DNA of 32,000 nucleotides from an uncultured Erysipelotrichaceae bacterium (GCA_964457525.1 CAYWGS010000002.1:3514-35513), one strand, 5' to 3'; shown: positions 18,054 through 28,510, counted from the stretch's first letter. The notes: generated by a model from the sequence alone, not told the origin. Numbers and translations: made by a program.

Positions 18054-19269
18054 ATTCTTTTAAAGGATTAATATTGATTTCAGTCGCTAATCCACCGAGC
18101 GATGTTTCACGTAATTCTAATGCAATCTTTTTACCCGTATAATTCATCGTACGAACAACCATATCAAAGGATACACGATTCTGTTTAGCTTTACCAACAG
18201 TTTCAGCCATTAATACTGCATCTACCGCTCTTAATACAGCTGCTCCATTGCGTTCAATACATGGAATAATGACATACCCTCCAACTGGATCACAGGTTAA
18301 ACCAAGATGATGTTCCATGGCGATTTCTGCCGCATACTCAATGAGTTCTAAGGATAATCCATTGATATACGCAAGAGCTGCCGCAGCCATTGAACACGCT
18401 GATCCAATTTCAGCTTGGCATCCTCCAACTGCTCCAGATATGGTCGCATTTTCTTTAATCACATTACCGAAAATACCCGCAACCATTAGAGCTTGAACCA
18501 ATTTATGTTTTGATACACCAATGTCTGTATATAGATGATACATGAGTGCTGCTAAAACACCACTCGCCCCTAAGGTAGGTGCTGTCACAACCAATCCACT
18601 CGACGCATTTTCTTCATTGTTCGCATAAGCATATGCCACAAGTTTCAATCGATTTTGAACGGCTGGATCATCTTTTGAACACGCTTGTAAGTAGAGTGAT
18701 TTCGCAACACGTGGAATTTCCAATAAACCTGGAAGAATACCTGTTGTATTAATTCCCCTTCTGACTGCTTTAAACATTCCTTCTAACATCTCTTCTAAAT
18801 GAGATTCTATGTCACTTTCATAGTGCATAACAAATTCAGGAATCCCATGATAGTTCGCTTTCACTTCATTCATGATTTCGGTTAGAGATTGATGAGGATA
18901 GATTTGTTTCTGAAAGTCAAAATCTTCTTCTAACACTTTAATGCTTCCACCACCGAGTGAGAATACTGTCCATGAACCCAATAATGTATTACGAATATCA
19001 TAGGCTTTAAAAATTAATCCATTCTCAAAATGATGTTCCCAATTAAGTCTAAAGTAGATCTTACAGACTTTAGGTGAGAACGTACGAATTAATATTTGAT
19101 CCGTAAAATGTCCTTTACCCGTTAAGGATAATGATCCATACAACTCCACATCAAAACTCACCGCATCCGGATATTTTTCTTTAAATAAGATTGCGGCACG
19201 CCAAGGTGCTACAGTATGACTACTGCTTGGACCAGGTCCAATTTTATATAGTTCTCTCAATGATTCCAT
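18052..19269 (-). CDS. sdaA: L-serine ammonia-lyase (iron-sulfur dependent, single-chain form)
   Basis: 405 aa. N-terminal YKIGPGPSSSHTVAP signature of Fe-S L-serine dehydratases. Cys-containing GGCQAEIGSA and IPCIERN motifs. C-terminal ETSLGGLA. Confidence 0.85.
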   Translation of the reverse strand: MESLRELYKIGPGPSSSHTVAPWRAAILFKEKYPDAVSFDVELYGSLSLTGKGHFTDQILIRTFSPKVCKIYFRLNWEHHFENGLIFKAYDIRNTLLGSWTVFSLGGGSIKVLEEDFDFQKQIYPHQSLTEIMNEVKANYHGIPEFVMHYESDIESHLEEMLEGMFKAVRRGINTTGILPGLLEIPRVAKSLYLQACSKDDPAVQNRLKLVAYAYANNEENASSGLVVTAPTLGASGVLAALMYHLYTDIGVSKHKLVQALMVAGIFGNVIKENATISGAVGGCQAEIGSACSMAAAALAYINGLSLELIEYAAEIAMEHHLGLTCDPVGGYVIIPCIERNGAAVLRAVDAVLMAETVGKAKQNRVSFDMVVRTMNYTGKKIALELRETSLGGLATEININPLKE

Positions 19270-20240
19270 TAGTGTGTTGCCTCTATTAGAAATAATTCAA
19301 AGCCAAACTTCTTATCCACTAAACCTATTTTAGAACGATGATCATAATTCGCTAAATAATTGAGTATCCCTAGAATTCGATCAGGTGATGTTTGACGAGC
19401 TAAGTTTAACATACGATTCAATCGATAGACATTTACATTATTCGCAGGCGATAACTTATTAATCATTTCTTGACGATGATAACCTTCTTTATCCAGTGTT
19501 GCGACTTGATAGAGTAAGCGTAGTTGACTTGCGATAAGTCCACTGAATGATAAGGGTTCCATATTAAGAATCATCATATCGTTATAAATATGTAAGGCTT
19601 GTTTCAAATTCTTATCAAGTAATGCATTCACTAAGTGAAATGCCTCATTATCTAATGGTCGACTAATCAGTGCTTCCACATCATCCAAATTAATTTCACT
19701 TCCATACAACGCTAATTTCTCAGATTCATGATAACTAACGGACATGTTGTGATCCATACGCTTTAAGAATTCTTCAAATGCATCGCTACTCATCTTAATC
19801 TTTCGTTCTTTTAAGAGACTTAACAAGAACTGTCTAAACTCATTGGATTCTAACTTCTTAACATGTTCTACTTCACACAACTCGAGTAATTTCTTTGTTA
19901 TTTTCTTTTGTGTATCCAAATTATCATTATCATGCATAAAGATGAGTGTGCATGTTTCAACTGGTCTCGCTAAATGAGTCATAAGTTCATTAAGTTCTTG
20001 ATCTTTCAGACTCACACCACGAGTAAGAAATAAACAATTTTGAATCACCAATACTTTATGTTCAGAGAAAAATGGTAAAGTCTGTGCTTCTTCTATCACT
20101 TTTAACATCGAAAAGGTCGAACTCGACGCATCATAAAAAACGGTATTCATTGTATCTTGTACATGTACCAATTCTTTAATCTTCTTTTGTAAGGCTTGAT
20201 TGAGTAGAAACGACTCATTCCCATAGATTAATACATTCAT
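19269..20240 (-). CDS. holA: DNA polymerase III delta subunit
   Basis: 323 aa. N-terminal LIYGNESFLLNQ (compare the LLYGEE.YL pattern typical of HolA). Position directly after comEC and near a divergent rpsT, as in Bacillus. The sequence is divergent, so the call leans on synteny. Confidence 0.75.
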   Translation of the reverse strand: MNVLIYGNESFLLNQALQKKIKELVHVQDTMNTVFYDASSSTFSMLKVIEEAQTLPFFSEHKVLVIQNCLFLTRGVSLKDQELNELMTHLARPVETCTLIFMHDNDNLDTQKKITKKLLELCEVEHVKKLESNEFRQFLLSLLKERKIKMSSDAFEEFLKRMDHNMSVSYHESEKLALYGSEINLDDVEALISRPLDNEAFHLVNALLDKNLKQALHIYNDMMILNMEPLSFSGLIASQLRLLYQVATLDKEGYHRQEMINKLSPANNVNVYRLNRMLNLARQTSPDRILGILNYLANYDHRSKIGLVDKKFGFELFLIEATH

Positions 20241-20247
20241 ATATCAT

Positions 20248-20256
20248 ATTATACCA
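20248..20256 (-). promoter_or_regulatory. Extended -10 element TGGTATAAT seven nt upstream of the holA ATG
   Basis: Minus strand reads ...tctttGGTATAATatgatatATG. TATAAT = 20253-20248 and TG = 20256-20255. No SD-like sequence lies between it and the ATG. Confidence 0.4.
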
Positions 20257-20335
20257 AAGAAAAATGACAGACAGAGAATTCCTTCATAAGTTTTGGTTCA
20301 TTATTCAGTTTATTTTATTCATTAAATTCTTATGA

Positions 20336-22228
20336 CTAAAACAGAACGATTCTATTAGGTTGTATCCATATAAAATCAAAGAATGGTGTAAAAACCAGTT
20401 GTATGTCCCCATCATCCATTGTATTAAAGTGTGTAACATAGTAATCATCTAATCGATTGAGTACTTCATCACTTGGATGGCCATAGTGATTCTTACCCAC
20501 CCCAATAAGCGCAATCCTAGGTTGAATGAGTTGTAATAGCTCATCACTTGTAGATGTGTTAGATCCATGATGCCCTATTTTTAAGATATCTGCTCTTAAG
20601 AATGGATATGTATGTTTAAGTTTCATCTCTCCAAAAGTTGATAAATCTCCCATAAACAATAATTCTTTATTATGTATACTCAAATGATAGATCTGAGATA
20701 AATCATTGTCTTCATCACTGAAAAGCTCTAATGGAAGATGATTTAATGTCATGGATTGTAAGTTAATATCTTTCCCTTTATAAATCAAATTATCAACTCG
20801 ATACTCTTCAAGTAACTTATCTAAATTCCCACTATGATCTGAATCATCGTGACTGATTAAAAGGTAATCTATTTTATAAATCGATTGTGCTTTAAGATAG
20901 GTATTTAATGCATTCCACTGATAAGGTGATCCTGTATCTAATAAAATAACACTTTGATTAAAAGCCTGTTGGATTAAGATAGAATCCCCTTGTCCTACAT
21001 TGATGAGCGTAACTGTTGGAAATAGAGGCAATGATAATAAAGGAATTGCGATAAATGTATACATCAAATAAATGTATGATTGATATTTCTTGTTATAGAG
21101 AAGTTGATAAACAATAAGAAAGATTAATATAAACATCACTGAAATATGACCCTTAAGTACAAATAAAGATTGCATAAATATAAACAATGAATTCAAAGTA
21201 TCTGTGAATACTAAACACCATTCTGTTAGTAAGGGAATAAATAAAGTAAGCGTAGTTAGATACAATGCACATCGATATAGAATATTTAGAATTGGAAAGC
21301 TGAGTAAATAAAGAATCGAATTCGATTGATTATACTGGGTTAATACAATGATTAGGATGATGAGTCTTTGTATATATTTCGATTTCATAGGAAGAAATAA
21401 GGTAAAGAATTGAAATGCAATAGGTAGTACAAAAGCTAATTGAGTCAATCCATAGGGTGAAATAAAGGAACAAACTAGTATATTAATACTCAATCTAAGC
21501 ATGCGATCGTGAAATAACTTTGTGCTTAAATAAAATACACAAACACGGACTAAACTAAGTGGATAACCTAGATAATAACCGATAATAATAAATACGAATA
21601 AGATACAAATACTTTCAAGTTTTCGATTCTTAACCTTTAAGAAACACAATTCTATTGCTTTAATCAAACTTGAATAGATTAAACCTAGAGATAGGAATAA
21701 TTCAAAAGACTTATCGGGTGTTGATTGAAATAAAAGTGATCGACTTAATGTTTTAAATTGAGGATTATCATTAAATCCACCTTGTGATAACCAATGAAAG
21801 AACCCTTTACCTTCTATACGAAACGTATCACTCTCAAGTGCTTTATAACAGATGCCTCTTGATTGGTAATAATAAGATTGATTAAATCCATAACGATGAA
21901 ACGAAGTTTCCAATTCTTGTATATTGTAGATAATCACTTCATCTTGTAATGCATATTGCTCAACATCATTAACATTAATCAGCACATTAGTTAATCGATG
22001 ATTAACAAGGATCGATTGATTATTAATCTCAATTACTCTTCCCTTTTCTATGGGTTCACAAGGATTAAAGTTTAATCTAAATTGGAATAATATAAATACT
22101 AAGATAATAACAGGTTTATATTTAAATGATTTGAATAGAATAAAAAATAGTAGTAAACAAATCGAGAGAGGATAAGAAAATAGACTCAAGTAAATGCAGA
22201 AAGAAAGAAATAATAGACCATTGATCAT
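20336..22228 (-). CDS. comEC: DNA internalization competence protein ComEC/Rec2
   Basis: 630 aa. A long polytopic membrane region followed by a metallo-beta-lactamase domain ([24 protein letters not shown] matching the H-x-D-x-D-H pattern, KIGHHGS). The start overlaps the comEA stop (ATGA). Noticeably more AT-rich than its neighbours. Confidence 0.88.
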   Translation of the reverse strand: MINGLLFLSFCIYLSLFSYPLSICLLLFFILFKSFKYKPVIILVFILFQFRLNFNPCEPIEKGRVIEINNQSILVNHRLTNVLINVNDVEQYALQDEVIIYNIQELETSFHRYGFNQSYYYQSRGICYKALESDTFRIEGKGFFHWLSQGGFNDNPQFKTLSRSLLFQSTPDKSFELFLSLGLIYSSLIKAIELCFLKVKNRKLESICILFVFIIIGYYLGYPLSLVRVCVFYLSTKLFHDRMLRLSINILVCSFISPYGLTQLAFVLPIAFQFFTLFLPMKSKYIQRLIILIIVLTQYNQSNSILYLLSFPILNILYRCALYLTTLTLFIPLLTEWCLVFTDTLNSLFIFMQSLFVLKGHISVMFILIFLIVYQLLYNKKYQSYIYLMYTFIAIPLLSLPLFPTVTLINVGQGDSILIQQAFNQSVILLDTGSPYQWNALNTYLKAQSIYKIDYLLISHDDSDHSGNLDKLLEEYRVDNLIYKGKDINLQSMTLNHLPLELFSDEDNDLSQIYHLSIHNKELLFMGDLSTFGEMKLKHTYPFLRADILKIGHHGSNTSTSDELLQLIQPRIALIGVGKNHYGHPSDEVLNRLDDYYVTHFNTMDDGDIQLVFTPFFDFIWIQPNRIVLF

Positions 22229-22668
22229 AAACGAATAAAATCTTTAATCTTATTAAAGATGGATTGTTTAATCCCCTTAATAAGCATAATATCTTCAAGT
22301 TTTTGAAAGAAACCATTTTCATTACGATACTCAATGATTCGTTGTGCAATATTTTCTCCAATGCCAGGAAGTTCAATGAGTTCTTCTAAGTTTGCTTGGT
22401 TGATGGATATGCGATTATCTGTGATGGGATAAAGAATGATCACATCATTGTTTTTTAAGATCATTTCAGGATTAAAACGATTCATATCACATTCTACACA
22501 TTCGATCTGATTAAGAATCACACTTAACTTTGAATAAAGAGGTATGGTGTAGCTTGTTGAGTGTTGGTTTAAATCAACTACATTAACTGTAATGTTCTTA
22601 TTTGTATTGGGTTCAATCGATTGAATACTACACCCAGATAATAATAAAAGTAGGACGAATTGTTTCAC
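22225..22668 (-). CDS. comEA: ComEA-family DNA receptor (lipoprotein-anchored, SLBB + HhH)
   Basis: 147 aa. GTG start. Lipobox LLLLSG|CS. C-terminal HhH: [42 protein letters not shown]. Confidence 0.85.
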   Translation of the reverse strand: MKQFVLLLLLSGCSIQSIEPNTNKNITVNVVDLNQHSTSYTIPLYSKLSVILNQIECVECDMNRFNPEMILKNNDVIILYPITDNRISINQANLEELIELPGIGENIAQRIIEYRNENGFFQKLEDIMLIKGIKQSIFNKIKDFIRL

Positions 22669-22703
22669 CCTACTTTATATGTGTTTATTATGTTAAATCC
22701 TAA

Positions 22704-23171
22704 TTATTTGATGTCGATAATCTTAACGTATTCTCTTGGTTCGATCTCAACTTCGATTTCTTCATCACTTACCATACGGTCCATTAATGCGACTGCAAGT
22801 GGTGTAACGTTAGATAACTTACCGTTTAGAGGATCTGCTTCAACAGAAGATACAATGGTATATGTTTCTTCGACTCCATCACGACCGAGAATGGTTACTT
22901 GCGCTCCAAGCTTAACAACTCTTGAACCACCTTGTACGTCGATGATTTCGATATTATTGAAGATATTTTCTAATTCACGAATACGAGCTTCTACACGAGC
23001 TTGACGATCACGAGCTGCATCATAGTCCGCATTTTCGGATAAGTCCCCTTGAGCACGTGCCGCTTGTAAGTCTTCAATAACTTCTTTACGGACAACATGG
23101 ATAAGATGTTCTTGTTCTCGTCTTAATTCATCAAAACCTTCTTGGGTTACTCTTACTTTTTCTTGTGCCAT
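22704..23171 (-). CDS. greA: Transcription elongation factor GreA
   Basis: 155 aa. GDLSENADYDAAR signature. C-terminal ISVEADPLNGKLSNVTPLAVALM. Confidence 0.95.
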   Translation of the reverse strand: MAQEKVRVTQEGFDELRREQEHLIHVVRKEVIEDLQAARAQGDLSENADYDAARDRQARVEARIRELENIFNNIEIIDVQGGSRVVKLGAQVTILGRDGVEETYTIVSSVEADPLNGKLSNVTPLAVALMDRMVSDEEIEVEIEPREYVKIIDIK

Positions 23172-23195
23172 CTTATTATCTCCTTAACTTGGGCA

Positions 23196-23828
23196 TTATA
23201 GCATATTCATTTTGATAATACTACCAATTTTAGTGGTCAATAGGTCAACCGCTACTTCATTCTTACCACCTTCAGGTACGATGACATCAGCATAGCGTTT
23301 TGAAGGTTCAATAAACTGATCATGCATGACACGAACGGTGTTCATGTATTGTGATATAACATTATCTAAACTACGACCACGATCTCTTACATCACGATTT
23401 AAACGACGAATGAATCGAACATCCGCAGGTGTATCTACGAATACTTTTATATCTAAGTGTTTACGAATAAATTCATCTTCTAAAACAAATAAACCTTCTA
23501 CCACAATAACATCGTGTGGTTCAACAACTTCTATTTCATCAGAGCGTGTATACTCAATGAAATCATAAGTAGGACGATTGATCGGCTTCCCTTCTCTTAA
23601 ATCACTTAAGTGTTGAGCTAGCAAATCATTATCAAAGGCAAACGGATGATCATAATTAACCTTTAATCGCTCCTCCATTGTCATATCACGTTGATCATTG
23701 TAATAATCATCTTGACGGATAATGATAACTGAATTCGATTCTTCAAACTCACGCTTTAAGCGCTTCGCAAGAGAAGTCTTACCTGAAGCACTTCCTCCTG
23801 CAATTCCTATAATAATACGTTTACTCAT
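23196..23828 (-). CDS. udk: Uridine kinase
   Basis: 210 aa. P-loop GIAGGSASGKTS, DDYY, NYDHPFAFD and RRLNRDVRDRGRS motifs. Confidence 0.94.
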   Translation of the reverse strand: MSKRIIIGIAGGSASGKTSLAKRLKREFEESNSVIIIRQDDYYNDQRDMTMEERLKVNYDHPFAFDNDLLAQHLSDLREGKPINRPTYDFIEYTRSDEIEVVEPHDVIVVEGLFVLEDEFIRKHLDIKVFVDTPADVRFIRRLNRDVRDRGRSLDNVISQYMNTVRVMHDQFIEPSKRYADVIVPEGGKNEVAVDLLTTKIGSIIKMNML

Positions 23829-23834
23829 AAAACC

Positions 23835-24923
23835 TCACTTTAGATATTTTTTAATATTTGCTTGATGTTCCGCATATGTCTTTGCATAATATACAGTCCC
23901 ATCACCATAGACATCCGCTAAAAAGAATAGATAATCATTATCTTTAGGCTGAATGGTTGAAAGAATCGCTAATTTAGATGGATTTGTAATCGGTCCAATC
24001 GGTAATCCACTGTATAAATACGTATTGTATCTTGAGTCCAAGGTTTGATTATCGTAATTCTCACAATCTTTCCATGAATCATATTCATACAAGGCATAAC
24101 ATACGGTAACACTAGATTGTAATCTCATTCCAATATCCATACGATTTAAGAAGACCTGAGAAATCATTCGCATATCTTCTTCTTTGCCTGCTTCAAATTG
24201 AACGACAGAAGCTAAGGTAATCACATCATGAATACTCATTCCAAATGAATCAAATAATGCTTTATTATCATCATAGACTTTTTGTGTTTGATTTAAAATA
24301 CGTCGTGTTAATGAATCAGCCGATGCGAGTGGGTTCATAAAATAAGTTTCTGGCATCAAATAACCTTCAAGTAACACACGTACTTGATTCTTATTTTCGA
24401 ATATTTCTTCAGTTAATACAGAATACTCATCCATAAGTGAACGAATGTATTCTTCACTGTTCCATAATTCTAAGAGTTCTTCTGCACTGACATTTTCAAC
24501 TTTACTTGCAAGGTTTTCAGCAATCTGTTTCGCCCAATCCCCTGGAATAATGGTCACAACAACATCAGTAGGATGTGCTTGTGTCGCATCATTTAAGTAC
24601 GTAAGAATTTCCTTAACATCAAAACCATAATCGACATAGAATGTTCCTACTTTAAAATCAGTTAGTTTAATAATCTTTGCGTAGGTTTCAAAAATAAATT
24701 GATTCTTAATTAATCCTTTTTCAACGAGTTGATCTGAAACAACCGACAGTGTATCACCTTTAGAGATGATTACACCTGTCTTTTCACCTTCAGGCCCAAC
24801 TGCTGTTAAATTTGAATGTACAAAGATAAATGAGAATACTAGTACAACGATAAAAAACAAGGTTAGGAATAAACCTAAACTTGTTCGTTTAATTTTTTTC
24901 ATTTTCTTCTTGGTTGAGGACAT
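23835..24923 (-). CDS. mltG: Endolytic murein transglycosylase MltG (YceG family)
   Basis: N-terminal basic stretch plus one TM (LGLFLTLFFIVVLVFSFIFV). YceG-like motifs LASVVQFEAG, FLNRMDIGMRLQS, YNTYLYSGLPIGPI. The start is uncertain (TTG 24932, ATG 24923 or ATG 24902, all with weak RBS). It overlaps the upstream DUF1292 gene. Confidence 0.88.
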   Translation of the reverse strand: MSSTKKKMKKIKRTSLGLFLTLFFIVVLVFSFIFVHSNLTAVGPEGEKTGVIISKGDTLSVVSDQLVEKGLIKNQFIFETYAKIIKLTDFKVGTFYVDYGFDVKEILTYLNDATQAHPTDVVVTIIPGDWAKQIAENLASKVENVSAEELLELWNSEEYIRSLMDEYSVLTEEIFENKNQVRVLLEGYLMPETYFMNPLASADSLTRRILNQTQKVYDDNKALFDSFGMSIHDVITLASVVQFEAGKEEDMRMISQVFLNRMDIGMRLQSSVTVCYALYEYDSWKDCENYDNQTLDSRYNTYLYSGLPIGPITNPSKLAILSTIQPKDNDYLFFLADVYGDGTVYYAKTYAEHQANIKKYLK

Positions 24924-25149
24924 AATCTTCAAAAACTGTTTCCAGCTTCTTCCATTCTTCAGGATCTTCTACAGGACTTAAATTACCCTCTGCATCGTAG
25001 CTTGATACAAAGACTTCTCCATCTTCTTCATCTGGATTGAGATAGAATACATAATTCTTACCTGTATCTTCATCTTCATATGTAAACACGATTTCCATAT
25101 TAATTTCATTACCCATCTCATCGATGACAATAATGCTATTTTCTTCCAT
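24889..25149 (-). CDS. DUF1292 family protein (YrzB-like)
   Basis: 86 aa, acidic. IVIDEMGNEINMEIVFTYEDEDTGKNYVFY...EDGEVFV pattern typical of DUF1292. Conserved slot between ruvX and mltG. Confidence 0.75.
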   Translation of the reverse strand: MEENSIIVIDEMGNEINMEIVFTYEDEDTGKNYVFYLNPDEEDGEVFVSSYDAEGNLSPVEDPEEWKKLETVFEDYVLNQEENEKN

Positions 25150-25579
25150 TGACTTGCTCCTTCTGTCTTTGCTGGTCTAAATATTCCTGTAACATGGTGA
25201 CTGCCGCAACTTGATCCACCACTTTCTTTCGCTTTTCATTACGCATATTACTTTGCATAAGCGATTTATGTGCTGAGACCGTAGTTAAACGTTCATCCCA
25301 TAATATGACAGGAACGGATGTAAATTTTTCTATTTCTTCTTTAAAGAATTCGGACCGACGACCACCATCTCCAATAGAGCCATTCATATGCTTTGGATAG
25401 CCTAGGATAATCGCATTCACTGGATATTCTTTAAGTAATGCTTCAATTTGATCTAAAGCGTGATCATAGTCTTCACTCTCAAATCGAAGTGTAATCAATG
25501 GACTTGCAAGAAAACCACTTAGGTCACTAATCGCAACTCCTACTGTTTTAGTCCCTACATCTAACGCAATACTTCTCAT
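25136..25579 (-). CDS. ruvX: Putative pre-16S rRNA nuclease / Holliday junction resolvase-like RuvX (YqgF)
   Basis: 147 aa. ALDVGTKTVGVAISD and ILGYPKHMNGSIG...WDERLTT motifs of the YqgF family. Confidence 0.9.
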   Translation of the reverse strand: MRSIALDVGTKTVGVAISDLSGFLASPLITLRFESEDYDHALDQIEALLKEYPVNAIILGYPKHMNGSIGDGGRRSEFFKEEIEKFTSVPVILWDERLTTVSAHKSLMQSNMRNEKRKKVVDQVAAVTMLQEYLDQQRQKEQVNGRK

Positions 25580-25836
25580 TTTTCATCTTCCAAATACGCA
25601 CGCACAAGTTCTTCAATAATCTCATAACGTTCTACTGTTTGAATAATGGAGCGTGCATTTTGATGCGAAGAAATATAAGCAGGATCGTTGGATATGAGAT
25701 AACCAGATAATTGGTTTACCGCATTGTATCCTCGATCTTCAAGTGCAGATTTCACTTGTTTTAAGATCTGCTTAATATTATCACGTCGAATTTGATCTGA
25801 TTTAAATGCTACGGTTTCCGTATGGTTCTGATTCAT
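25576..25836 (-). CDS. ireB: IreB-family regulatory phosphoprotein (UPF0297/YrzL)
   Basis: Start set at ATG 25836 (MNQNHTETVAFK...) with an AAGGAGG RBS at 25845-25851. NAVNQLSGYLISNDPAYISSHQNAR signature. Confidence 0.8.
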   Translation of the reverse strand: MNQNHTETVAFKSDQIRRDNIKQILKQVKSALEDRGYNAVNQLSGYLISNDPAYISSHQNARSIIQTVERYEIIEELVRAYLEDEK

Positions 25837-25891
25837 ACCAAAATCCTCCTTTTTATTCATTTTAACCCAAACTCAAAGCTTATAAAAGCAT

Positions 25892-28510
25892 TTAGGTAAG
25901 TTTTTTACGGATTAGTTCAATTGCGTCGTTTAATTTGGACACATCTTTACCACCCGCTTGAGCGAAATCAGGTCGTCCTCCCCCATTTCCTTGAGTAAGA
26001 ACAGCCGCTTCTTTGACTAAATCCCCTGCTTTAAATCCTGCTTTAATCACACTTGGTCCACAATAAGCCACAAACAATGCTTTTGATTGATCACTGGATG
26101 CGAAGAAAATTAAGCTTTCTGGCATTTCTTTCTTCAATCCTTCAATCAATAATCTTAAGTGATCCGCATTTTGATCAATGCGTTTAACTAAGACTTGAAT
26201 ACCTTTGTGATCGACAAACTCAGTCTTTAACAACTTCGCTTCCATATTCGCTACTTTTTGTTTCGCTTGACCAAGTTGTTGCTTGGTTTCACTGAGTTCT
26301 TCTAAACTTAAGTTTACACGGTCTTCAATCTTATGGAATGAATTTGCTTTATAGAGTGATGCGATTGATTCTAATTGGTTCTGATACCCTAAGAAATCAT
26401 GATAAGCCGATAACCCTGTTTTAGCTGTAATACGACGAATACCGGATCCAATACTTTCTTCAGACACAATCTTAAATAAGCCCATTTCTTGAGTATTGCG
26501 AACATGACATCCACCACAGAGTTCTTTACTAAAGTCACCCATCGTCACAACTCTTACAACAGAATCATATTTTTCACTGAATAGAGCCATAGCACCACTT
26601 GCTTTAGCTTCTTCAATTGGCATGTACTCAAATGTAACTGCTTGTTTCGCAAAAATATTTTGATTAACAAGTTGTTCGATTGCTTTAATTTGTGCATCAC
26701 TCACTTTTTCAAAATGGGTAAAGTCGAAACGCATGTATTCATCGGATACATAGGAACCAGCTTGTTGGATATGATTGCCTACAATCTTCTTTAGTGCACT
26801 TTGGAGTAAGTGAGCCGATGAGTGATTGGTTGTGATTTGTTGGCGACGTGCTGTATCAATCTTCGCAAATACTTTATCATTTAACTTTAACTCACCAAAG
26901 TTTAGTTTAATCGTATGTAAATTTTGTTTACGTGGTGCTTTTTGTACGTCTAAGACATGTGCTTCACCTTGATCAAATAACAACACTCCTGTATCCGCTA
27001 CTTGTCCACCACTTTCTGCATAGAAAGGAGTGGTTTCTAGGATGACTTGTCCTTCATCATCTAAACTATCTACAAATACACCATTCTTGAATAATGCGAC
27101 GACTTTAGTCTCACACTCAAACGTATCATAACCAACGAAATTAGATTCTACCGTACAGTTCATCAAATCAATGGATTGAGCTTTCATGGATTCTGTTTTA
27201 TCCATCGCATTACGTGCTCTTTCACGTTGTTTATTCATTTCAGCTTTAAAGCCATCTAAATCAATGGTATACCCTTGTTCCTCTGCGATTTCCTTCGTTA
27301 ATTCAACAGGGAATCCAAAGGTGTCATAGAGTTTAAATACCGTTTCACCGACGAGTACTTTATCTTGTGCTTTGCTTAGTTCGATATTTAAGAGATGTTC
27401 ACCATCATTGAGAGTCTTATGGAAGCGTAATTCTTCTGCTTTTACTAACTTCTCAATGTATTCAACCTTATCATTAACATAGTTGTAGAATGGACTCATC
27501 ATCTCTGCCACAACCTTCACTAATCGATACATAAACGCATCTTCAATGCCTAATTTAATACCAAATCGTACAGCACGACGTAAGATACGGCGTAAGACAT
27601 AACCTCTACCCTCATTGGAGAATAAAGCTCCATCCGCTAAAGCGAAGGTTACAGTACGAATATGGTCTGCGATAACACGGTATGCCATACGATTATTTTT
27701 ATCATATGGATTCTTCGCTTCTTTCTCAACCGCACGAATAACCGGTAAGAACAAGTCAGTATCAAAGTTGGTTTCACCATTTTGCACGATTGAAACTAGA
27801 CGTTCTAATCCCATTCCAGTATCAATATTCTTCTGAGGTAATTCTTTGTAGTCTTTACGATCAACACCTTCTTTACCATCGTATTGACTGAATACAATGT
27901 TCCATACTTCTAAATAACGATCATTTTCACGCTCTTCAAAGAATAAAGGTTCCCCAATATTTTCTGGATCATATGCTAAACCACGATCATAATAAATTTC
28001 ACTGTTTGGACCACATGGGCCTTCACCAATTTGCCAGTAGTTTTCTTCCGATTTAAGAATACGTTTTGGATCTAATCCAATGACTTCCGTCCAAATACGG
28101 TATGCTTCATCATCCGTTGGATGAATGGTGACATACATCTTGTCTTTTTCCATACCAATGTATTCTTCTGAGGTTAAAAACTCCCAAGCGAATTGAAGTG
28201 CCTCTTCTTTAAAATAGTCTCCAATCGAGAAATTTCCTAACATTTCAAAGAAAGTATGGTGACGAGCTGTTTTACCTACATTTTCGATATCATTGGTACG
28301 AATGGATTTTTGTGCATTCGTGATACGCTTGTTATCTGGTTTAACACTCCCATCAAAGTATTTCTTAAGTGCCGCAACTCCAGAGTTAATCCATAATAAG
28401 GTTGGATCATTCACTGGTACTAAAGATGCACCTGGTTCTACCATATGCCCTTTTGATTTAAAGTAATCTAAGAATAATTGTCTGACTTCATTACCACTAC
28501 GATATTTCAT
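25892..28510 (-). CDS. alaS: Alanine--tRNA ligase
   Basis: 872 aa. N-terminal FLDYFKSKGH, WINSGV, the editing-domain HSSAHLL...CGGCHV motifs, and C-terminal GGGRPDFAQAGG. Confidence 0.97.
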   Translation of the reverse strand: MKYRSGNEVRQLFLDYFKSKGHMVEPGASLVPVNDPTLLWINSGVAALKKYFDGSVKPDNKRITNAQKSIRTNDIENVGKTARHHTFFEMLGNFSIGDYFKEEALQFAWEFLTSEEYIGMEKDKMYVTIHPTDDEAYRIWTEVIGLDPKRILKSEENYWQIGEGPCGPNSEIYYDRGLAYDPENIGEPLFFEERENDRYLEVWNIVFSQYDGKEGVDRKDYKELPQKNIDTGMGLERLVSIVQNGETNFDTDLFLPVIRAVEKEAKNPYDKNNRMAYRVIADHIRTVTFALADGALFSNEGRGYVLRRILRRAVRFGIKLGIEDAFMYRLVKVVAEMMSPFYNYVNDKVEYIEKLVKAEELRFHKTLNDGEHLLNIELSKAQDKVLVGETVFKLYDTFGFPVELTKEIAEEQGYTIDLDGFKAEMNKQRERARNAMDKTESMKAQSIDLMNCTVESNFVGYDTFECETKVVALFKNGVFVDSLDDEGQVILETTPFYAESGGQVADTGVLLFDQGEAHVLDVQKAPRKQNLHTIKLNFGELKLNDKVFAKIDTARRQQITTNHSSAHLLQSALKKIVGNHIQQAGSYVSDEYMRFDFTHFEKVSDAQIKAIEQLVNQNIFAKQAVTFEYMPIEEAKASGAMALFSEKYDSVVRVVTMGDFSKELCGGCHVRNTQEMGLFKIVSEESIGSGIRRITAKTGLSAYHDFLGYQNQLESIASLYKANSFHKIEDRVNLSLEELSETKQQLGQAKQKVANMEAKLLKTEFVDHKGIQVLVKRIDQNADHLRLLIEGLKKEMPESLIFFASSDQSKALFVAYCGPSVIKAGFKAGDLVKEAAVLTQGNGGGRPDFAQAGGKDVSKLNDAIELIRKKLT

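Noticed and set aside
20336-22228. Idea that the AT-rich, shortish (630 aa) comEC is a decaying pseudogene
   Set aside because: The ORF is uninterrupted, retains the membrane competence region and the intact metallo-beta-lactamase motifs, and is translationally coupled to comEA.
22660-23004. 114-aa plus-strand ORF antisense to greA, and 22122-22376 minus-strand ORF across the comEA/comEC junction
   Set aside because: Both overlap strongly supported genes in alternative frames and show no RBS or family resemblance.
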